Source: Eledone cirrhosa
Taxonomy: Eukaryota
NCBI GenBank assembly: GCA_964016885.1
Contig: OZ024760.1
Span: 24,428,001-24,492,000 of the forward strand
Direction of reading: 5' to 3'
DNA length: 64,000 nucleotides
The notes beneath the pieces are model-generated. The model saw nothing but the letters and a program-made list of their open reading frames with translations. It was not told the DNA's origin and did not search any database. Positions 56,797-64,000 of this stretch are shown piece after piece. The number at the start of each line of letters is the position of its first letter. Positions within the stretch are counted from its first letter, which is position 1. The translations under genes were made by a program, and so were the position numbers.

Positions 56797-58233
56797 TCAG
56801 TGGATCAGATGTTTGGAAGTCATGGGTTTGGCATAATGGGAATGGAGGATTTGTTTTTGGTTGTTAATAGTATCTAACCAGAGCTCTGTGTCTAGTACAG
56901 GTAATCGATGGTTGGGGTGTCTACTTGGGTAGTCTATAGTAACTCTAATGCTCTGGTGGATGGAGTTTGCTATTTGCTGGATGCTTTCCATTGTGTTTTT
57001 CTCAGGTTCCTGACTGTTCTTTAGTGGGGGTGTCTTAACTACGATGTTTATATCATCTACGTAGCGGGAGTACATTATCAGGGTTAATCTGTCTTCTAAT
57101 TGTTCTTTAAGTTTTTGTTTAAGTCTACTGTCCCACCATACCATGAACAAGTTAGCTATGTCGCCTGCAATGCTAACACCAATGGCTGCTCCTTCCTCTT
57201 GGGCATATGTTTTACCATTAAATTTGAACATATGTTCCTTAAGGGTTAATTTTATGCTGGCCCCTACCGCATGTGCAATCATTTTCTTCAGTTCATCGTG
57301 GTTTTCGGGTGTCCGTATGGCTCTGGTCCACCCGTTCCATCTATCTGTGTGGGTTTTCTTGGCCATTGAGGTAATGGTAGGTGGTCTGCCTCTTGCTGGT
57401 CTTGTAGGGCACAGGTTGCTAAGGTCATAAGTGTCTAGGTAACTATTACTATGGGTAAGCTTAAGTAGAAGTCCCAGCTCACTGGTATCAATCCCACGGA
57501 ACTCAACCTTGCTCTCGCTGATCATTTCGACGCATTTCTCCACAGCAAAATCCACGTCAATAGATGGATACAGGGACACAACATCCATACTGCCTATTAT
57601 GCAGTTTGTTAGGTCCCCAGATCGGTTACCCGCGTCGATTCTGCTGAGGAGGTCCTCCGTGCTGTCACACACATCTGGGGACATCTCAATGATGGGGCGT
57701 ATGATCAGGGAGAGGAAGTAGGACAGTCTGTAGTTACTAGCAATGTTAGCCCCACAGACTGGCCGTGTTGGTGGTCCCGCGACAGGGTCCCAGCCCGTTT
57801 TATGGTCTTTTCGAAGCCCATACAACGCCGGCACGTCATTGTTCCAGGCCTGGAAGTTGTTGGCAGTCCTTTTGTTGGGCTGCATTATATTTGTCCACAT
57901 CACCATATGGGCATTGAGGGTTTTTTCTCTGTCCTCATGCTCCTGTGGTGTTACCTCTCTTGTGTTAGTGATGTGGGGTTGCATTGCCTGGATGTAGTTT
58001 GGCAGGCTGTCAACCGACATTCTGCCAGACTTGTCTGTTGGAAAGCATGCTATCTCTCCATTACGCGAGCGCTGCATGAGCTTACGCAAGCCATTTGCAG
58101 ATTCTTCTCCCAGTTGCTGGGCCTCTATTCTATTATGCTTCTTGCTATACTGTTCTATAATATTTCTAAGTTCGGATTTAGCTATACTAAATTGTGCTTC
58201 TGTTTGTTCATCGACCTGCGACGGCAACTGCAA
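56797..58233 (-). CDS. PLE reverse transcriptase (5'-truncated; ends at an in-frame TGA)
   Basis: Motifs TDKSG, LYGLRKDHK, PTRPVC, GSMDVVSLYPSI (A), QEEGAAIGVSIAGDIANLFM (B), RYVDD (C), LPVLD (E), HYAKP. Confidence 0.93.
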   Translation of the reverse strand: MQLPSQVDEQTEAQFSIAKSELRNIIEQYSKKHNRIEAQQLGEESANGLRKLMQRSRNGEIACFPTDKSGRMSVDSLPNYIQAMQPHITNTREVTPQEHEDREKTLNAHMVMWTNIMQPNKRTANNFQAWNNDVPALYGLRKDHKTGWDPVAGPPTRPVCGANIASNYRLSYFLSLIIRPIIEMSPDVCDSTEDLLSRIDAGNRSGDLTNCIIGSMDVVSLYPSIDVDFAVEKCVEMISESKVEFRGIDTSELGLLLKLTHSNSYLDTYDLSNLCPTRPARGRPPTITSMAKKTHTDRWNGWTRAIRTPENHDELKKMIAHAVGASIKLTLKEHMFKFNGKTYAQEEGAAIGVSIAGDIANLFMVWWDSRLKQKLKEQLEDRLTLIMYSRYVDDINIVVKTPPLKNSQEPEKNTMESIQQIANSIHQSIRVTIDYPSRHPNHRLPVLDTELWLDTINNQKQILHSHYAKPMTSKHLIH

Positions 58234-59061
58234 CTGATTGCGGATTTGATACGGGTGATGAGAAATGTGTCCCGCATGTGCAACCCCGAAGAACTAGAGA
58301 GACACATACAACACTTCATCCACCGTATGCAGTTCTCTGGCTACAATCAGAGAGATAGAATCAGAGTGTATAAAGGAGCCAGAACCAAATGGGAAAAAAT
58401 GGTAAATAATGACATAAATGGGACCTGCCCCTTGTATAGGAGCAAATTTTGGAATAGAATAGAAAGAACTAAGAACAAGGCCAATAGAATAAACTCATGG
58501 TATGATAGCAATAAATACCAGAGTGTAATGTTCATCAATACAACCCCTAGAGGTGAACTAGCCTACAAATTTAGAAGGGCCCTAAAGAAACATAATCTCA
58601 ATATTAAGATAGTAGAAAGACCTGGTACCTCCGTAAAAACACTTATTAGCAAGACATACCCGTTCCAAAGACCCTCATGTATAGATAAGAAATGTATAAC
58701 CTGTAAAATAAGCCCCCATATTAACTGTAAAACTAGAAATGTAGTATATAGCATAAGATGTACTGAGGGACAATGTAGAAACAAAAATATAGTGTACATA
58801 GGTGAGACAGCTCGTAGTATAGGGGAACGAATAAATGAACACTGGCGAGACCTCCAAGATAGTAAAGAATCATCTGTGCTCTACCAACATGCTAAGATAG
58901 AACACAGGGGTAAATTAGAGAGCATAGAAATAAAAATAGAATCCACACACAAGAAAGACGCAATGTTTAGGCAAATTACAGAGGCAGTAAGCATAAAAGA
59001 ATTAAAACCAAAATTAAATAGAAAATATGAGTGGAACAGCAACATCACAACTTACAATTAA
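58234..59061 (+). CDS. Inverted duplicate of the PLE thumb/GIY-YIG region inside the pseudo-LTR
   Basis: Mirror of 55933-56760. The upstream part of ORF 57802-59061 is antisense RT sequence. Confidence 0.85.
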   Translation: MIADLIRVMRNVSRMCNPEELERHIQHFIHRMQFSGYNQRDRIRVYKGARTKWEKMVNNDINGTCPLYRSKFWNRIERTKNKANRINSWYDSNKYQSVMFINTTPRGELAYKFRRALKKHNLNIKIVERPGTSVKTLISKTYPFQRPSCIDKKCITCKISPHINCKTRNVVYSIRCTEGQCRNKNIVYIGETARSIGERINEHWRDLQDSKESSVLYQHAKIEHRGKLESIEIKIESTHKKDAMFRQITEAVSIKELKPKLNRKYEWNSNITTYN

Positions 59062-59357
59062 GGACAAAATGAAAACACACACACACATATATAAACAACT
59101 TACAATTGAAAACACACACAAAATGAAAACACACACAAGACAAAATGAAAACACACACACACATAGAACAAACAACCAACCAACAATAAATAAATAAATA
59201 AACAAACAAATATAAATAGAAAAATAGAAAAATGAACACAAACACACACAGACACCCGGATGTGGCGCATGCGCAAACTGAGCACGCAACCCACACACAA
59301 ACAAAATGGCGTAGGATAGAAGAAAGGAAAGGCACAGAAACGAAGAAAGAAATCCCC

Positions 59358-59402
59358 AGTCACTGAAGAGGTCACAGAGTGTGTGACGAAAGAACTATGA
59401 CT
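59358..59402 (+). ncRNA. Minimal type I hammerhead ribozyme (PLE 3' UTR)
   Basis: AGUCA-CUGAAGAG-GUCACA(GAGUG)UGUGAC-GAAA-G(AA)C-UA^UGACU. Confidence 0.85.
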
Positions 59403-59553
59403 ATATATATATAAACAACTATCTGGTTGTGGAACCAACCAACCAACCAGAAATTTATAAATTTGTAAATTTATAAATATATATTAAATTAAATTGAAGT
59501 GAAAGCAACTGGTGCGTGTGTTTCTTATTGGCAACATGACCCTCCCAAAGTAT

Positions 59554-59610
<57 letters not shown>

Positions 59611-60160
59611 GCCTGCATACACACATAAGTACATACATACAGAAATTCACAATTAAATACACGCATTCACAATTACATGCATACATAGATACATATATAC
59701 ATTCACATACATGCACACATACATGCATGCCTGCATACATACATAAATACATACATACACACATACATCATACATACACACTGATACATATACACACATA
59801 TACATACATACATACACTCTAACACACATATACCTATATACATACATGCACATATAGATACATACATACATACATACATACATACATACACAAACACACA
59901 TATACATACATACACGCCCACACATACACACACACATGTATACATACACACATACAGACGTATACATATACACACATACACACTTACACATACACAAATG
60001 CATACAAACACACATACATACACACGCACACATATATCTACCCAAATACATACATGCACACATATCCTCACTTACGCATCCACACACACACACACATACA
60101 TCTACCTAAATATATACATACACACACACATCCTCACACACATCCACACACACACACATC

Positions 60161-60210
<50 letters not shown>

Positions 60211-60439
60211 TACACACATACACACACATCCACACATATATACCTACATCCCACAGATAATAAAATGTCAGTCAATCCCAGAAGTGGCAGAACAAGAATA
60301 ACATGTCGATTTGCTAAAAAGCTCTTTCAATCACAACAGTAATTTAGAAATTACCCGCGGCCATTTTGGTTTTTTTGTGGAGCGGTTGTACATATATAGA
60401 GATTGTAAGAAAGAAAAGAATAGTTGTTAGTTTTACACT

Positions 60440-61760
60440 TGGTTGGTTGACTGGTTGGTGGTGGTGGCGGTAGTGGTGGTAGTGTTGGTGTGTTGTGGTG
60501 GTGGTGGTGGTGGTGGTGTTGGTGGTAGTGCTGGTGGTGTTGGTGTTGGTGGTGGTTGTGGTGTTGGTGTTGGTGGTGGGGGTGTTGGTCGTGGTGGAGT
60601 TGTTGTTGTTGTTGTTGGCGGTGGGGGTTGTGTTGGTGGTTTTGGAGGTGGTGTTGGTGGTGGTGATGGTGGTGGTGGGTGGTGGTGGTGATTGTGTGGT
60701 GGTGGTGGTGTCAGCGGTGGGGGTGGTGGTGGGGGTGGAGTTGGTGTTGGTAGTGGTGTTGTTGTTGGTGGTGGTGTAGGTGGTGTTGGTGGTGATGGTG
60801 GTAGTGATGGTGGAGTTGTTGTTGGTGTTGGTGGTGGTGTAGGTGGTGTTGGTGGTGATGGTAGTGGTGGTGTAGGTAGTGGTGGTATTTTTGTTGTTGT
60901 CGGTGTTGTTGTTATTGGTGGTGTTGGTGTTGGTGTTGGTGATGTAGGGGTTGTACATATATATAGATTGTAAGAAACAATAGTTGTTAGTTTTACATTT
61001 GATTGGTTGAGTAGCTGTTGTTGTTGTTGTGTTGTTGGTGGTGGTGGTGGTGCTTGTTGTTGGTGGTGGTGAGTGGTGATAGTGGTGGTGGGTGTTGTCG
61101 TATTCGTCGTTGTTGTTGTTGTAGTAGTGGTGGTTGAATTTGTTTTGATTTGCTGTTGTTGAGGTGGTTGTGAAGTTTATTTCTGTTGTTGTTGTTGTGG
61201 TGTTGGTGGTTGTTGAGTTCATTTTTTACTGTTGCTGTTGTTGTTGCTATTGTTGTGGTGGTTGTAGCTGTTATAGTGGTGGCAGTTATTGTTGTGGCGA
61301 TTGTTGTTGTTGTAGTGGTGATTGTTATTGTAGTGGTGGTAGTTGTTATATTGTGGTGGTTTTTCTTGTAGTGTAGTGGTTGTTGTTACAGTGGTCGTAG
61401 TTGTTGATGTAGTGGTGGGGTGTTGTTGCGTTCATGTTTATGTTGTTGCCGTTGTTGCTGTTGTTGTTGTTGTTGTTCTTATTTATGCTGCTGCTAACAC
61501 CACACCCACCACAGCCACAACCACAACAACAACAACTACTACTACTACTACTACTTTTATACTCTAATTATTATTTTCATCACTATCACCATCATCACCA
61601 CTATCATCACCATCATCATCACCACCACCACCATCCCCAACGTCACCATTATCATCAACATCACCACCATCATCAACATCACCACTATAATCAACACCAC
61701 CACTACCATCATCATCGCTATCAACATCACCACTAACATCATCATCATTATCATCAATTA
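60440..61760. repeat. (GGT/GTT)n followed by (CAT/CAC)n tracts
   Basis: Direct reading. Confidence 0.9.
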
Positions 61761-61952
61761 TTATTCTTGTTATTATTTGTTTTTATTATTTTTTTCCAAT
61801 GTTCTTTCTTTCCACTTCAATATTGAGTTCTCGTGTTTTCTCGTAGCAGAGTGATATCTTAGCGAATCCACATCACATCAAAATGTCTATACGTATTAAG
61901 CATCACTATTCTAATGAAACAAAATACACATACACACATATACACCCGCCAC

Positions 61953-62079
<127 letters not shown>

Positions 62080-62225
62080 CATTAAGTTGTTAAATTATAT
62101 TCGATGATTATGTCAAAGAATGAGTTTTACAGTAGATTGGAAGCACTCAACTGCAAACATTATTTTCAGGAGTTATTATTAAAATATAAGTATTAATAAA
62201 ATAGATGTTCTTTTGATCAATTACA

Positions 62226-62276
62226 TTTTATTATAAATATTTCGGATGTACATCAGTACGTCCTCATCAGACAAAA
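62226..62276 (-). ncRNA. Hammerhead ribozyme in a TA-flanked island
   Basis: UUUUGU-CUGAUGA-GGACGUAC(UGAU)GUACAUCC-GAAA-UAUUUA-UA^AUAAAA. Confidence 0.8.
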
Positions 62277-62292
62277 TATAATGATACATGAC

Positions 62293-62366
<74 letters not shown>

Positions 62367-62367
62367 T

Positions 62368-62705
62368 TTATACTTGGGGAGGGTCATAATATTGCCAGAA
62401 ATAATAACAGAACACACTCACAGTTTGGTTGGTTTTCACTTCTCTATCTTTTATATCTCTATAGTTAATTTATGTGGCAATCAACGTTTATCGTTGATTG
62501 ACCAACGGTTAAAAATAATACTGATATAAATATGTATATATAGTCTATCAACGTTCTTTCGTTGCACATCTGCAACATCATCAGTGGTACTATTATTATG
62601 TTCCCTCCTATTGTATTGTATTGTATTGTATTGTAATGTCTACGCCATTTTAATTTTATTTATTTATTTATTTCTTCTTGTCTCCGTCTCTACTCATGCG
62701 TTTGC
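62368..62705 (-). mobile_element. Diverged relative of the PLE 3' UTR with a degenerate HHR (~62546-62590)
   Basis: ggagggtcat..ttgcca and ctacgccatttt are shared with 55440-55690; CUGAUGA-U-GUUGCA(GAUG)UGCAAC-GAAA-GAAC. Confidence 0.65.
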
Positions 62706-62974
62706 AGCAAGACCTAGGCTGACAGCAGCACCAACACCACTACCAAAATATGGGTAGAGGTCAGATATACTTAACAATAGCAAAAACAAACACTACAGAT
62801 AGCCTCACCCCAGAAAGAATTTCTATAGACTTTTGACTGAGGAATGCTCTCACAACTGACCAATGGGAGGAGAGGATCTTACAAATCTTTCTAACTTTTA
62901 GATTGGTTATAACACGCACACATTTTATTTGATTATCTTATTTTATCTCTTACCATATTATTCATTCTACCATT

Positions 62975-63243
62975 GACACGTGGAAATAAAAAAGGTGCTC
63001 ACGGTTGTTGTTGGCAAGATGGTTAATAATTTTGTGGGTGTTTACCAAGTCAGTTGCCAGACGTCGGAGCTTCAATGTATCCAGTGTTTCCGAAAGTCAT
63101 GGGAGCTGTACTGTTTTCTAACTTTGTTGGCTTGCCCACGTGTGTTAGACACATGGAAATAAAAAAAGGTGCTCAGGGTTGTGTTGGCAAGATGGTTAAT
63201 AATTTTAAGTCAGTTGCCAGACGTCGGAACTTCAATGTATCCA
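62975..63243. repeat. ~100-bp direct duplication
   Basis: gacac.tggaaataaaaaaggtgctca...cttcaatgtatcca at 62975 and 63148. Confidence 0.8.
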
Positions 63244-63800
63244 TGCCCAGGGAAGCAAGGCGTTCAGAGTATGGTAGATGCCTGATGGGGGTGGGGTTAG
63301 GGGTGGGTGGGGGTATTCGCTTGGTTGCACGTCTCGAATATGTCGGGGTAATACTGGTACAGTGAGTCTGGACTATAGTGTGCTACTATTTCTAGCACGC
63401 AGTTCCATCGACAGCGTAATGACTCTTTCCATCAGTTCATTGGCTTCTAATTCATCATGTATGGTTGAAATGGGTGTCGATGTGTGTGTGCGTATGTGTG
63501 TATGTCTGTGTGTGTATGTGTGTGTGTGAGTGTCTATAGGTCGGCCATGTTGACTCAACGTATTGATACTGTGTTATGTGAAGTTCAAAGCCTTCAAGAT
63601 CTTGGCCTTCCTCCAAATTGTCTGCAACCTATAATCTAATATAATTATTGTTTAAAGGCCTTTTTCAAGCATACATACATATGTACATTTACACATGCAC
63701 ACACGCAGACTTATATATCTACCCATACACACATAAATATACATATATGTACACATATATATGCATATACATACACACACACACACACACATACACACAC

Positions 63801-63832
<32 letters not shown>

Positions 63833-63879
63833 GAACATTTAGACATGCACACACGCACACACGCAGAAATACCCCCCCC

Positions 63880-63919
<40 letters not shown>

Positions 63920-63955
63920 ATATACATAGATACTTACGTATATATACATCTGATA

Positions 63956-64000
<45 letters not shown>

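Larger units (their letters stand above)
55376..59561 (-). mobile_element. Penelope-like retroelement, 5'-truncated, with inverted pseudo-LTR, inserted in (TA)n
   Basis: RT + GIY-YIG ORF on minus strand. Apparently identical inverted repeat 55433-56761 / 58233-59561 (~1329 bp). Unpaired ~57-bp 3' tail at 55376-55432. HHR in the 3' UTR. (TA)n on both flanks. Confidence 0.95.

Noticed and set aside
57802-58233. N-terminal part of the 419-aa plus-strand ORF as a novel fusion protein
   Set aside because: It is antisense RT sequence that happens to be in frame with the inverted GIY-YIG copy.

Overview
AT-rich, microsatellite-saturated eukaryotic DNA, most like a cephalopod/octopus genome (inferred from the (TA)n/(CA)n density and SINE types). 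No intact host gene is supported; nearly all listed ORFs are microsatellite artefacts. The main coding feature is a 5'-truncated Penelope-like retroelement (PLE) at 55376-59561. Its RT + GIY-YIG ORF has one in-frame TGA, and it carries a 1.33-kb inverted pseudo-LTR, a 3' tail and a minimal hammerhead ribozyme (HHR). A second decayed PLE GIY-YIG lies at about 27.8-28.1 kb. Many islands between (TA)n tracts share the PLE architecture: an inverted arm, a direct arm and an unpaired 3' tail. They carry type I HHRs from about 10 families, most with a palindromic stem III. The standouts are a non-coding 557-bp HHR unit in tandem plus inverted array (retrozyme-like, 24917-27125), a foldback that captured an 18S rRNA fragment (46381-46492), and U3-A8 core-variant HHRs. 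tRNA-derived SINEs (often in tandem), MITEs, a Helitron 5' end and minisatellites fill the rest. All RNA structures were paired by eye.
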